From: Candidatus Omnitrophota bacterium
GTDB lineage: Bacteria > Omnitrophota > Gorgyraeia > VGKH01 > JBHPFN01
Direction of reading: 5' to 3'
NCBI GenBank assembly: GCA_042571725.1
Contig: JBHPFN010000003.1
Coordinates: forward strand, 2,245-66,244
Length of the DNA stretch: 64,000 nucleotides
The notes beneath the pieces are model-generated. The model saw only the letters and a program-made list of their open reading frames with translations, had not been told where the DNA came from and did no database searches. The first letter of the stretch is position 1. Every line of letters begins with the position of its first letter. Below, piece after piece: positions 8,142-16,760 of the stretch. A program made the position numbers and the translations under genes.

Positions 8142-8995
8142 TGAGAGCGGGTAATAGTATCAACAGCCACTATTGGATATTGTGCAGATGGCGGGCTTAC
8201 AATCGTGCCGGAGAGCTCAACTCGTTGATTGGAGAATGCATCAAGTGCTTTTTTATCACCTTTCAAATAACAGGCAAGCTTCTTATTTTGTACAAGCTTG
8301 TGAGTTCCTTTTCTACCAAAAAAAATACCCATTGGCCGCACGATACCCGTACCTGTAAAAATTTCCGGTGATTTTTTAGATTCGTGAGAAGATTCTTTGG
8401 TTGTATCAGGTACTTGCTCTGATTCTTTCGGTTGAGCAACAGCAGTTTCAGCTTGTTGCGTTGTTTCTTGGGGTTGCGTCTCTTCTTTTGGTTGGGGAGC
8501 AAGCTTTTCTTCAATAATGTCATACGATGCAAATTCCAAATTCTCTTTGGAGATCCAGCCTATGCATTCTGCGGGCGGTTCAATAGCATACCAGTCCTCA
8601 TTTTCTTGTCGAAGCACATTTATTTTATTGATCGTGCCTACCTGACATAGGACAGTTGAGTGTAAATCTGGCCTAGCTCGAACATTTACTCTGTTTGCAG
8701 TAACTGCAGATTGTGCTTTGTTTATTTTATCAACAAGCACGTATTTGCTGCTTATATAGCAGGCTACATCGAGAGGTAGTTTTACGCCATACCAGCCATA
8801 TTGTTTATCGAGCACTATTATGTTTTCATCCTTCTCAACCGTTTTGAGGATTTCAAAATTAATGTTATAGCCGGCTCTTATATTGCTTTTATCTACGCTG
8901 ATCTGATATAGGGCAGGAAATTGCTCTTTGCATAGCGCCTCGCTGCAAAAAAGCAAACAGACAAGACCAATTACGATAACCGTTTTTTTTCGCAT
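8138..8995 (-). CDS. Secreted tandem SH3b-domain protein with Q/E/T/P-rich linker
   Basis: The start was moved to the ATG at 8995 (MRKKTVIVIGLVCLLFCSEALC signal peptide); the ORF-track start at 9124 would overlap the upstream gene. There are two SH3b-like repeats (NIRAGYN..., VNVRARPD...). Confidence 0.7.
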   Translation of the reverse strand: MRKKTVIVIGLVCLLFCSEALCKEQFPALYQISVDKSNIRAGYNINFEILKTVEKDENIIVLDKQYGWYGVKLPLDVACYISSKYVLVDKINKAQSAVTANRVNVRARPDLHSTVLCQVGTINKINVLRQENEDWYAIEPPAECIGWISKENLEFASYDIIEEKLAPQPKEETQPQETTQQAETAVAQPKESEQVPDTTKESSHESKKSPEIFTGTGIVRPMGIFFGRKGTHKLVQNKKLACYLKGDKKALDAFSNQRVELSGTIVSPPSAQYPIVAVDTITRSQ

Positions 8996-9014
8996 AGCGT
9001 ATGCTCGATAGAAG

Positions 9015-9302
9015 TTATTTAGAAGACTCTTTCGATTTTGAATCTGCTTGTGGTTTTGCTGCACCTTCAGCGGGGGTGGTTCCTTCTGCAGGAGCGCCGC
9101 CTGCTTCTTCTGTTTTTTCAGCAACGGGCTTTTCTTTCTTGAATTTAATCTTAAGGATTTTTATTTTTGGTAATCCGAATACGGAATCACCTTCATTCCA
9201 CATATCTTTATCTTTTAGGTGTTTAATTTTTTCTATCAGCTTTAATACAGAGCGTTGTTGTTTACCTTTTTCCGCTCCTTTGAGCGAGCGATGAATTGAC
9301 AT
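9015..9302 (-). CDS. 'Small basic protein' family member with acidic/Ala-rich tail
   Basis: MSIHRSLKG...QQRSVLKLIEKIKHLKDKDMWNEGDSVFGLPK matches my memory of the small basic protein family seen in PVC-group bacteria. Confidence 0.6.
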   Translation of the reverse strand: MSIHRSLKGAEKGKQQRSVLKLIEKIKHLKDKDMWNEGDSVFGLPKIKILKIKFKKEKPVAEKTEEAGGAPAEGTTPAEGAAKPQADSKSKESSK

Positions 9303-9304
9303 TG

Positions 9305-9868
9305 TTAGAGCCTCCTAATGTAGCAATCGTTGTATTGTTTTTTTAGTGTTCCGATTAATCTTTCTGCTTCTTTTTTGGTTTCAAAGTTTCCCACACAAAC
9401 AATATTATATTTACCTTTAGGCATTACGAGTATTTCATGTCCCAATTTTTGCAGACGCTGAGCTTCTTTTTCAGCAAAAGACTCCTTCTTGAAACTAGCG
9501 ACTTGAACAGTATATTTCCCAAGTTTGATTTCCTTGGTTTTTATTGTTGCAACTGCCTCTTCAACAGGTGGTGTAGAAATCGCTTCTTGTGTAGGTCCAG
9601 TTTTCTGAGTTACGGGCACAGGTGTCGCAACTGGTTGTTCTAGGGGCACAGCTTTATTTTCTTTTGCGACGACTGTCTTGCCTTTCTCTACCCCGATTGA
9701 AAAACTGATGATGACTGTTAGTATTAAGAAAACAGCGCCAAGCACAACGTGTTCAGGGTTAAGCGAAATTCTAAAAATATCAATAAAATTTCTTTTTGAC
9801 TGTTCTTGGTGCGATTCCTTTGCGCCTCTAAAAAATTCGTATTGAATTTGCTTCCTGCCTTTCTCCAT
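9305..9868 (-). CDS. SPOR domain protein (septal peptidoglycan binding)
   Basis: 187 aa. It has an N-terminal TM, a Pro/Thr-rich linker and a C-terminal SPOR-like segment YTVQVASFKKESFAEKEAQRLQKLGHE...VCVGNFETKKEA. Confidence 0.75.
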   Translation of the reverse strand: MEKGRKQIQYEFFRGAKESHQEQSKRNFIDIFRISLNPEHVVLGAVFLILTVIISFSIGVEKGKTVVAKENKAVPLEQPVATPVPVTQKTGPTQEAISTPPVEEAVATIKTKEIKLGKYTVQVASFKKESFAEKEAQRLQKLGHEILVMPKGKYNIVCVGNFETKKEAERLIGTLKKQYNDCYIRRL

Positions 9869-9887
9869 GCTATCTATTATAATAGCT

Positions 9888-10958
9888 TTACTTGTTGTTA
9901 CTCAAGTATTTTTTAAATTTCTTTTCTTTGGTAAGTTCCAAAAACGCATTGACGACTTTCGGGTCAAATTGAGTTCCGCTATTCTTTTTTATCTCCTCTA
10001 TGGCCTCTTTTATAGTAATAAGGTTTTTTCGATACGGCCTTTGAGCCATCATCGCTTCAAAGGCATCTGCCACAGACATGATTCGAGCCGCAAGGGGGAT
10101 CTGGCCCTTTTTTAATCCTGAAGGATATCCGGAACCGTCGTATTTCTCATGATGATATAAGATGACAGGAACAAGAGGCTTTAATATTTCCAGAGGCTTA
10201 ATGATTTCCGCGCCTTTTAAGGGATGGCTCTTTATAATATTGAATTCTTCCTGGCTTAATTTTTTTCGCTTGGTTAGGATTTCCAGGGGGATGTCAATCT
10301 TTCCAGCGTCATGAAGAAGCCCTGCATAATGCAAAATACGCATTTGGCTTTCAGAAAGATGCATTTTTTCTGCGATGCCTAAGATAATACGGCTGATTCT
10401 TGGGGTATGGGTATACGTATGGGGTACTTTTTTATCGAGCAGGGTAACCAAAGATTTAATGCTTCCAAAAATCAACTTTTGCTGTTCTTCATAGAGCTGC
10501 AAATTTTTTATTGCAACAACGGCTTGTTCGGCGATCGCAGTTAGTGCTTCTTTGTCAAAGAGCTCAAACGGCTTCTTTTTTCCTTTTATTAGAATAACGC
10601 CGAGTGTATCCTCACCGACTAATGGGACGCACACCCATGATTTTGTAAGCAGGGAGGTACCGGCTTTAATTATTTTTGCCTCAAATGCACTAACGCGTTT
10701 TTTACTTTTCTCGACGATATGTTTCTTTTGACCGCTGACCTCTGCTTTGATTATTTGATTACTTTTAGCGTGGTCGAACAACACTATGGAACAGTAGTTT
10801 ACCTTTAGCAGTTGCGTTATCAATTTAGCCAGTCGAAGTGCGAGTTCCTTCAGGTCAAAGGTAGAGCTTATCAGTCGATATACCATATGGTTGATCGACA
10901 GAATTAATTTATACTTTTTCGTATGGGTCGAATAATTTTTTGTGTTCATCTTCCGCAA
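9888..10958 (-). CDS. GAF domain - HD-GYP phosphodiesterase
   Basis: HDAGKIDIP and HHEKYDGSGYPSGL motifs are present, with a GAF-like N-terminal half. The start is uncertain (10958, 10949 or 10886); the longest form overlaps dgt by 50 nt. Confidence 0.85.
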   Translation of the reverse strand: MRKMNTKNYSTHTKKYKLILSINHMVYRLISSTFDLKELALRLAKLITQLLKVNYCSIVLFDHAKSNQIIKAEVSGQKKHIVEKSKKRVSAFEAKIIKAGTSLLTKSWVCVPLVGEDTLGVILIKGKKKPFELFDKEALTAIAEQAVVAIKNLQLYEEQQKLIFGSIKSLVTLLDKKVPHTYTHTPRISRIILGIAEKMHLSESQMRILHYAGLLHDAGKIDIPLEILTKRKKLSQEEFNIIKSHPLKGAEIIKPLEILKPLVPVILYHHEKYDGSGYPSGLKKGQIPLAARIMSVADAFEAMMAQRPYRKNLITIKEAIEEIKKNSGTQFDPKVVNAFLELTKEKKFKKYLSNNK

Positions 10959-12066
10959 ATCGGTCTGTCATGCTCGCGATATAATCACAGATTGCCTTTT
11001 CCTTGCCGTCATGCGCAATACTCTCCTGAAAAGACGGCGGCAATTGCTTTGGATCTTCGAGGTACACTTTAAAAAGTTCCTCGATGAATCTTTTTGCCTT
11101 GTTTGCCATGCGGTTCACTCGGTGATGGTGATACAGGTTGTCAGCAAGGTACCGCTTTAATTCTTCGCGTTGAGATTGCATCGTGCTGCTAAAAGAAACA
11201 ACGCCAATTGTAGCAGACTTCACATCGTGTAGCGAGGATAATTTTAATTTTTTTGTTTTATCTTGAGTTTCAGTAAGAAGGTCGGTTACCTCGAGTTGAA
11301 TGATGGATTTAATAATTTGATATTTTAAGATATTGTTATCTATACTGCTATGCCTTTTTTTAATTGAAATATACAGATCATCCCATAATTTTACTGCTCT
11401 TAATTCTTCTACGTTGATTAAATTTGAAGTAATACCATCATCGAGGTCATGATTATCATAAGCGATTTCATCGGCGATATTGACTACTTGAGCCTCAAGC
11501 GTGGGTTGGGAGTGAGAATCGAAGCCATTGGGAATTTGTGGAGGTCGATCAAATCGACCAGAATGTTTTACTAATCCCTCTCTAACCTCCCACGACAAAT
11601 TTAATCCTTTAAATCCAGGATACCGTTGTTCGAGCACGTCAACCACTCTTAGGCTTTGCAAATTATGTTCAAAGCCGCCATGCCCCTCCATTTGTTCTTT
11701 TAGGGCTGATTCTCCCGCGTGACCATAGGGAGGGTGTCCCACATCATGAGCGAGTGCTATCGCTTCGACTAAATCCTCATTGAGTCTCAGTGCTCTAGCG
11801 ATTGTGCGTGCAATCTGAGCAACTTCTAAGGTATGCGTGAGTCGAGTGCGATAGTAATCACCTTCGTGATTTACAAAAACCTGAGTTTTATATTCCAATC
11901 GCCGAAAGGCAGCGGAGTGAACTACTCTGTCTCGATCGCGTTGGTACGCAGAGCGATAATCGTGAGCCTCTTCTTTATGTTGTCTGCCCTTGGTGTCCTT
12001 GCTATGCATTGCATAGGGCGCTAGATTTTGGTTTTCGAATTCTTCAATTTGCTTTCTTGATATCAT
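10909..12066 (-). CDS. dGTPase-like deoxynucleoside triphosphate triphosphohydrolase (HD domain)
   Basis: 385 aa. RDRDRVVHSAAFRRLEYKTQVF, RLTHTLEV and AHDVGHPPYGH are typical of the Dgt-like family. Confidence 0.85.
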   Translation of the reverse strand: MISRKQIEEFENQNLAPYAMHSKDTKGRQHKEEAHDYRSAYQRDRDRVVHSAAFRRLEYKTQVFVNHEGDYYRTRLTHTLEVAQIARTIARALRLNEDLVEAIALAHDVGHPPYGHAGESALKEQMEGHGGFEHNLQSLRVVDVLEQRYPGFKGLNLSWEVREGLVKHSGRFDRPPQIPNGFDSHSQPTLEAQVVNIADEIAYDNHDLDDGITSNLINVEELRAVKLWDDLYISIKKRHSSIDNNILKYQIIKSIIQLEVTDLLTETQDKTKKLKLSSLHDVKSATIGVVSFSSTMQSQREELKRYLADNLYHHHRVNRMANKAKRFIEELFKVYLEDPKQLPPSFQESIAHDGKEKAICDYIASMTDRFAEDEHKKLFDPYEKV

Positions 12067-12527
12067 TTCATTAGTCGTCTATAGAGATCGTTTAATGACT
12101 GAGAAATAACTTTTGCGCCAGAAGCAGCGGGCATAAAGTTGGCATCTCCATTCCATCGTGGGACGATATGAATGTGCACGTGATTTACAAATCCTGCCCC
12201 TGCACACCTTCCTTCATTAACGCCAATATTAAATCCTTGTGGTTTTAAAATTGAATTGAGATTCTTTTTTGTGCTGAGCAATAATTGCATAAGGTCCTTT
12301 AATTCATTTTCGCGAAGCGCATCTAGATATTTCACATGCCGATAAGGCACCACCATTACGTGTCCGTTGTTATACGGAAACACGTTGAGTATTGAAAAAG
12401 AAAACGCACTTCGACGAACAATATAATTTCTAGAATCTTTTTTTGAGTTCTTTACGCGGCAAAATAGACACCCTTTTTGTTTTTTTTGCACATATCCTAT
12501 TCTCCAGGGTGCCCAAAGTTTATTCAT
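12063..12527 (-). CDS. HIT family nucleotide hydrolase/transferase
   Basis: 154 aa. The histidine triad HVHIHIVPR is present. It has ATGA overlaps with both neighbours. Confidence 0.85.
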   Translation of the reverse strand: MNKLWAPWRIGYVQKKQKGCLFCRVKNSKKDSRNYIVRRSAFSFSILNVFPYNNGHVMVVPYRHVKYLDALRENELKDLMQLLLSTKKNLNSILKPQGFNIGVNEGRCAGAGFVNHVHIHIVPRWNGDANFMPAASGAKVISQSLNDLYRRLMK

Positions 12528-13012
12528 GTTTCTAAAGGGATGATTGTGCCACTTACGGTGCCATTTATCTCAAGGATACCTACTGATTTATATGGGGCAA
12601 AAACCGTATCGGTAGGGCTCCCGGGGTTAAAATAAAGAATTCCGTTAATTGTCTCATTCACAGGGACATGGCTATGACCAAAAATAATAACATTTACTTT
12701 TTCATTAAAATAACTTTTTAATGATTCCAATTGCTTAATAGGAGGGCCGCTCCCATGTGTTACGCCGATTTTGAAACTATTGCATTCTAAAACTTCTTTA
12801 TCAGGGAGAGCTTTTCTTACCTCTGAAGAATCCATGTTGCCATGCACAGCTTTTACTTCCGCAATTTCTTTAAGTCTTTTTAGAAAGTCCATATTAACCA
12901 CATCGCCTGCATGTATAATTAAATCAACATCAGAAAGTATATCATAGACTTTTTTAGGTATATCGTTAGCTTGAATGGGGATATGAGTATCTGCTAAAAC
13001 ACCGATTTTCAT
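12524..13012 (-). CDS. YfcE/MJ0936-type metallophosphoesterase
   Basis: 162 aa. MKIGVLADTHIP, IHAGDV and GHSHVP motifs are present. Confidence 0.8.
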   Translation of the reverse strand: MKIGVLADTHIPIQANDIPKKVYDILSDVDLIIHAGDVVNMDFLKRLKEIAEVKAVHGNMDSSEVRKALPDKEVLECNSFKIGVTHGSGPPIKQLESLKSYFNEKVNVIIFGHSHVPVNETINGILYFNPGSPTDTVFAPYKSVGILEINGTVSGTIIPLET

Positions 13013-14634
13013 TTTATAATAAAGGGTTTGTTATACAAATTCAGGAGCGCATTTATCTCTTTTGCACTCCAGACCCACATTTTTTCTCCCAGGGCCCTTA
13101 ATTTAGCATTGGCTTCGATGCCGTTGAGCGAAACCACGATTCTTCGCTGTGGCTTTCCTTTATGTTTTCGACACTCAGAAAGGAAATTTATCACATCTTC
13201 TTCTTTGCAGTCTTTATCATTGAGAAGTATGAACCATAGCGCACTCATTGAATCTGCTATTGCCCATTTTTTATTTTCGTCTAATGAAAATCTGCGTACG
13301 TCTTTTAAGTGGGAAAGCCTGTATTTGTGACCATTTAATTGAACCGATTCGTTGTGAAAGAGGTTAAATAGCTCAAATACCCTTTCAAATGCATCGATTT
13401 TGTCAGCATCAATGAAATTATCTATTTCCTTTTTAACGCTGTTGCGAAACGCATTGAGTTGATACTGAGAGTCGTGATTTATGGTAGCAAGACGCGAATG
13501 AAAAACATGTTTGATCCAAAATCTAAATAGCTTGCTCGAAATGTAGTAAAAACTACCGTTTCTGGAAAGTAAATTCTGCTCGAGGAGCCGGTTCATCTTA
13601 ATGGAAACATCTTCTTTCTTTTGGTGGAGGGCAGTGCTGATTTCATTAATTTTATTGTTTCCGTTTACAAGAGCAAGTAAAATCGAAATAAAAATATAAT
13701 TATTTTTTCCTAACGAAATTCTATTAAGATAGTTTGAGAAATATTGGTTTAAGATTCCCCATTTATAAAAGAGCAATTCTTCGAAACAGGAGATTAGTAT
13801 TCCTAGCGATACGCCCCGTACATTGTTGCTTTCGAGTATATTTTTTAATTTTGAGCATACAATAGTTAGATAAAATGGGTGACCGCTCGTAAAATCAACA
13901 ATAAATTTTTTATAGCTCTCTTCTATCTGGAGGCCTTCAAATTCAACATTTACGAAAGAAAGGCTCTGCTCAACATTGAACAACCCTATTTCAATAATTT
14001 CAAAATTGCCAAAAAGAAGCGCGAGTTTTTCGGTTAAGATTTCCTTTGCTTTAAATATTGAGGAGCTTGCAACAATATACATGCATTTCTTTTGAGACAT
14101 GATTCTTTTGCCAAGTTCTTGGTAGGGATTGGTAATTTTCAGCTCTTCAAGATTGTGAAAATTATCGATAATGATGACACACCACTGGTTTGTTTCTTTT
14201 GATAGCAGGTCAGGTAGGTCAATGATTTCTCGGTACGCTTCAGTAATTTTCCCTTTTTCAATGTTCTGCTTTATTTTTTTTACAAGGTCAATAGACCCGG
14301 GAATGATCTCTTCGGCAGAAGCTATTAAATAATCCAAGCTATCATCCTTTAGAAATGTTTTTGTCTTGATAAAATTAAAAAGAATTGCACGTAAAAGATT
14401 TCTTAAGAAATGGTTGTGTTCAAAAGCGATAACCTCAATGTATACAGTGACGAGGTGGCTTTCGTGTAGATTCTTAATAAAGTGCTTCAAGAGCGATGTT
14501 TTTCCTGATAGCTCTTCACCAATAAGCGCTATGTTCTGACGGTATCCCTCTTTGAAATCATGAATACGTTTTGCCAGAAGGGTTAATGCCTTCTCTCTAC
14601 CTAATAGCGTTGTGGGGTTATCTATAAAGTTCAT
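13009..14634 (-). CDS. P-loop ATPase (Arch_ATPase-like) with wHTH-like middle and DUF234/PD-(D/E)xK-like C-terminus
   Basis: 541 aa. LLGREKAL...GEELSGKTSLLKHF is the Walker A. The Walker B is VIIIDNFHNL, with N where the catalytic E is usual. The C-terminus has WFILLNDKDCK, resembling the ExK/DxK core of DUF234. Confidence 0.7.
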   Translation of the reverse strand: MNFIDNPTTLLGREKALTLLAKRIHDFKEGYRQNIALIGEELSGKTSLLKHFIKNLHESHLVTVYIEVIAFEHNHFLRNLLRAILFNFIKTKTFLKDDSLDYLIASAEEIIPGSIDLVKKIKQNIEKGKITEAYREIIDLPDLLSKETNQWCVIIIDNFHNLEELKITNPYQELGKRIMSQKKCMYIVASSSIFKAKEILTEKLALLFGNFEIIEIGLFNVEQSLSFVNVEFEGLQIEESYKKFIVDFTSGHPFYLTIVCSKLKNILESNNVRGVSLGILISCFEELLFYKWGILNQYFSNYLNRISLGKNNYIFISILLALVNGNNKINEISTALHQKKEDVSIKMNRLLEQNLLSRNGSFYYISSKLFRFWIKHVFHSRLATINHDSQYQLNAFRNSVKKEIDNFIDADKIDAFERVFELFNLFHNESVQLNGHKYRLSHLKDVRRFSLDENKKWAIADSMSALWFILLNDKDCKEEDVINFLSECRKHKGKPQRRIVVSLNGIEANAKLRALGEKMWVWSAKEINALLNLYNKPFIIK

Positions 14635-15320
14635 TAGGGTAAGTAGTGCAACGGATTTTGTGGCTTATTTTCTTTTCTGATTTCAAAATGCAAGTAATTG
14701 CTAGTGGACCTGCTTCTGGAAGCCTTCGCAATTATCATTCCTTGCTCGACGTAGTCCCGTGGCTTTACTAACACGTTCGAGTTGTTAGTGTAAACACTTG
14801 ATAAGTTGTCACCATGCTCAATAATAATGCTTTTTCCGTATCCTTTGATTTCTCCCGAGAAAGAGACTCTTCCGCTTCTTGAGGCAAAAATGTTTTCTTC
14901 GGATAGCAAGCGAATGTTAATTCCTTTAGTTTCTCTTCCGTTAAACTTTTGTCCAAAGTAGGCGATAATTTTACCTTTTGCAGGCCAGATGAAACGCTCA
15001 TATCGACCTGCAGTAGTTTTAACCGTCTGCATTCTTCTTTGTTCGGTTGCACCTGGGATAAATATCAATTGCCCTTTATTGATTTTAGCAGCATTAGGGA
15101 TTCTGTTTACTCTTATAATTTCATCAAGTTCAATATTGTAGGTTTTTGCGATGCGCCACAGGGTCTCTTGAGGGGCAACTTTATGATATATGCCAGGTAC
15201 TTTTGGTTGTATGATAGTGGGAATGGTGACCGAATGAGGGCTTACGACCGTGCGGCTAACGCATGATAGACTTATGGTTGAAAAAATCAAAATAATAACT
15301 ACGCGGAAAATAATTTTCAT
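14634..15320 (-). CDS. LysM domain / M23 family peptidoglycan endopeptidase
   Basis: The start was moved to the ATG at 15320 (MKIIFRVVIILIF signal/TM); the ORF-track extension runs through the tRNA. A LysM segment (YHKVAPQETLWRIAKTYN) and an M23 core (IIIEHGDNLSSVY...LHFEIR) are present. Confidence 0.85.
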   Translation of the reverse strand: MKIIFRVVIILIFSTISLSCVSRTVVSPHSVTIPTIIQPKVPGIYHKVAPQETLWRIAKTYNIELDEIIRVNRIPNAAKINKGQLIFIPGATEQRRMQTVKTTAGRYERFIWPAKGKIIAYFGQKFNGRETKGINIRLLSEENIFASRSGRVSFSGEIKGYGKSIIIEHGDNLSSVYTNNSNVLVKPRDYVEQGMIIAKASRSRSTSNYLHFEIRKENKPQNPLHYLP

Positions 15321-15335
15321 TATAATTTTAATAAA

Positions 15336-15409
15336 TGGAGCGAGCGAGGGGAATCGAACCCCCCCGTTCAGCTTGGGAAGCTGATGTTCTACCACTAAAC
15401 TACGCTCGC
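15336..15409 (-). tRNA. tRNA-Gly (anticodon CCC), CCA encoded
   Basis: Hand-folded cloverleaf: GCGAGCG TA GTTT AGTGGTA GAAC A TCAGC TTCCCAA GCTGA ACGG GGGGG TTCGATT CCCCT CGCTCGC T CCA; 74 nt. Confidence 0.9.
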
Positions 15410-15421
15410 GCGATTGTATTC

Positions 15422-15449
15422 TATCTTTATCGCAAATGCGATAAAGATA
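15422..15449 (+). terminator. Perfect 12-bp stem-loop; looks like an intrinsic terminator only in the plus orientation
   Basis: tatctttatcgc-aaat-gcgataaagata is followed on the plus strand by tagtttcttttttt. On the minus strand, between the thiC stop and the tRNA, the T-run comes before the stem and not after it. Confidence 0.35.
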
Positions 15450-15461
15450 TAGTTTCTTTTT

Positions 15462-16760
15462 TTAAACTGAGCTTGCTTCCTTTAAGCCCTCTTCAATTAA
15501 CTTAATTGAACAATACTCACCGCACATTGAGCAGGTATTAAGCCTGTTTGCTTTGACAGAGTCTCTGTATTTTTTAGCTTTATCAGCATCGATAGAAAGG
15601 TAAATCTGTTTTTTCCAATCACGATTTTTTCGCGAAGTAGATATTGCCTTATCCCAATCCGTCTGTTTTCGTACACTCTTTGCTAAATCTGCAGCATGCG
15701 CAGCGATTCTACTTGCAATAAGACCTTCTTTTACATCTTCTAGCGTTGGCAACCTAAGGTGTTCAGCTGGTGTAACGTAACACAAGAAATCCGCACCATG
15801 ACTTGCCGCAATAGCTCCGCCAATTGCTGCAGAAATATGATCGTAGCCAGGCGCTACATCAGTTACCAGGGGTCCTAAAACATAAAACGGAGCGCCATCG
15901 CAGAGTTGTTTTTCTAGAAGCACATTTGCTGCTATTTCGTTAATTGGTACGTGTCCCGGGCCTTCGATCATTACCTGGACACTGTTTTTCCGAGCAAATT
16001 TTGCGAGTTTCCCTAAAAGTGCTAACTCGCCAAATTGTAGCGCATCGGAGGCATCCAATACCGAACCAGGTCGCAATGCATCTCCTAGGCTTAATGTAAT
16101 ATCGTGCTTTTTTGCAAGCGCTACAACTTTATCAAAATATACATAAAAAGGATTTTCTTTTTTGTGATGTAGCATCCATTTTGCAATAATTGCTCCACCC
16201 CTGCTGACAATATCTAAAATTCTTGTTTTCTTGCTAAGTTCCTGAACACCTTCCAGGGTAATGCCGCAGTGAATCGTAAAGAAGTCAACCCCGTCTTGAG
16301 CCTGAGACTCTAAGACGTCAAATATATGATCAAAATCCATCTGCAAGAAATTACCGTTTTTTCTCTGACAGGCTATTGCAGCTTCATATATCGGTACGGT
16401 TCCTACTGGGATGGGAGATTCTTTAATAATGGCTTTTCTTATTTTTTTTAAATCACCGCCCACGCTTAAATCCATTATGGTGTCGGCTTTATACTTAACG
16501 GAGATTTCCAGTTTTTTCAGCTGATCTTCTATTTTTGATTTATCGGTTGAGGTTCCTAAGTTGACATTCACTTTTGTTTTTAAGCCAGTTCCTATGGCGC
16601 AGGGTTTTTTTATGCGGTGGGAGGTATTTTTAGGAATAACAATATGGCCTTTTGATAGCCCTTTCAACAGATGCTCAGTGGTAACCGATTCTTCTTTAGC
16701 TACCTTTATCATTTCAGGAGTAGGTCTGCGTGCGTCTGCAAATTCCAATTGTGTTTTCAT
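15462..16760 (-). CDS. thiC: Phosphomethylpyrimidine synthase
   Basis: 432 aa with ThiC-like conservation throughout (GTVPIYEA, DFFTIHCG, C-terminal CSMCGEYCS cluster). Confidence 0.95.
   Translation of the reverse strand: MKTQLEFADARRPTPEMIKVAKEESVTTEHLLKGLSKGHIVIPKNTSHRIKKPCAIGTGLKTKVNVNLGTSTDKSKIEDQLKKLEISVKYKADTIMDLSVGGDLKKIRKAIIKESPIPVGTVPIYEAAIACQRKNGNFLQMDFDHIFDVLESQAQDGVDFFTIHCGITLEGVQELSKKTRILDIVSRGGAIIAKWMLHHKKENPFYVYFDKVVALAKKHDITLSLGDALRPGSVLDASDALQFGELALLGKLAKFARKNSVQVMIEGPGHVPINEIAANVLLEKQLCDGAPFYVLGPLVTDVAPGYDHISAAIGGAIAASHGADFLCYVTPAEHLRLPTLEDVKEGLIASRIAAHAADLAKSVRKQTDWDKAISTSRKNRDWKKQIYLSIDADKAKKYRDSVKANRLNTCSMCGEYCSIKLIEEGLKEASSV

Noticed and set aside
8263-8532. 89-aa alternative-frame minus-strand ORF, and plus-strand ORFs at 8105-8650
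   Set aside because: They are embedded in the SH3b protein gene, partly in its Q/E/T/P low-complexity linker, where alternative frames stay open by chance.
15321-15395. Extension of the M23 peptidase ORF upstream to 15395
   Set aside because: It runs through the tRNA-Gly gene (15336-15409). The signal-peptide-like start at 15320 is the sensible one.
15336-15409. tRNA-Gly as a possible integration hotspot or genomic-island boundary
   Set aside because: There is no integrase, no direct repeat of the tRNA 3' end and no compositional break nearby. The flanking genes are housekeeping genes on the same strand.
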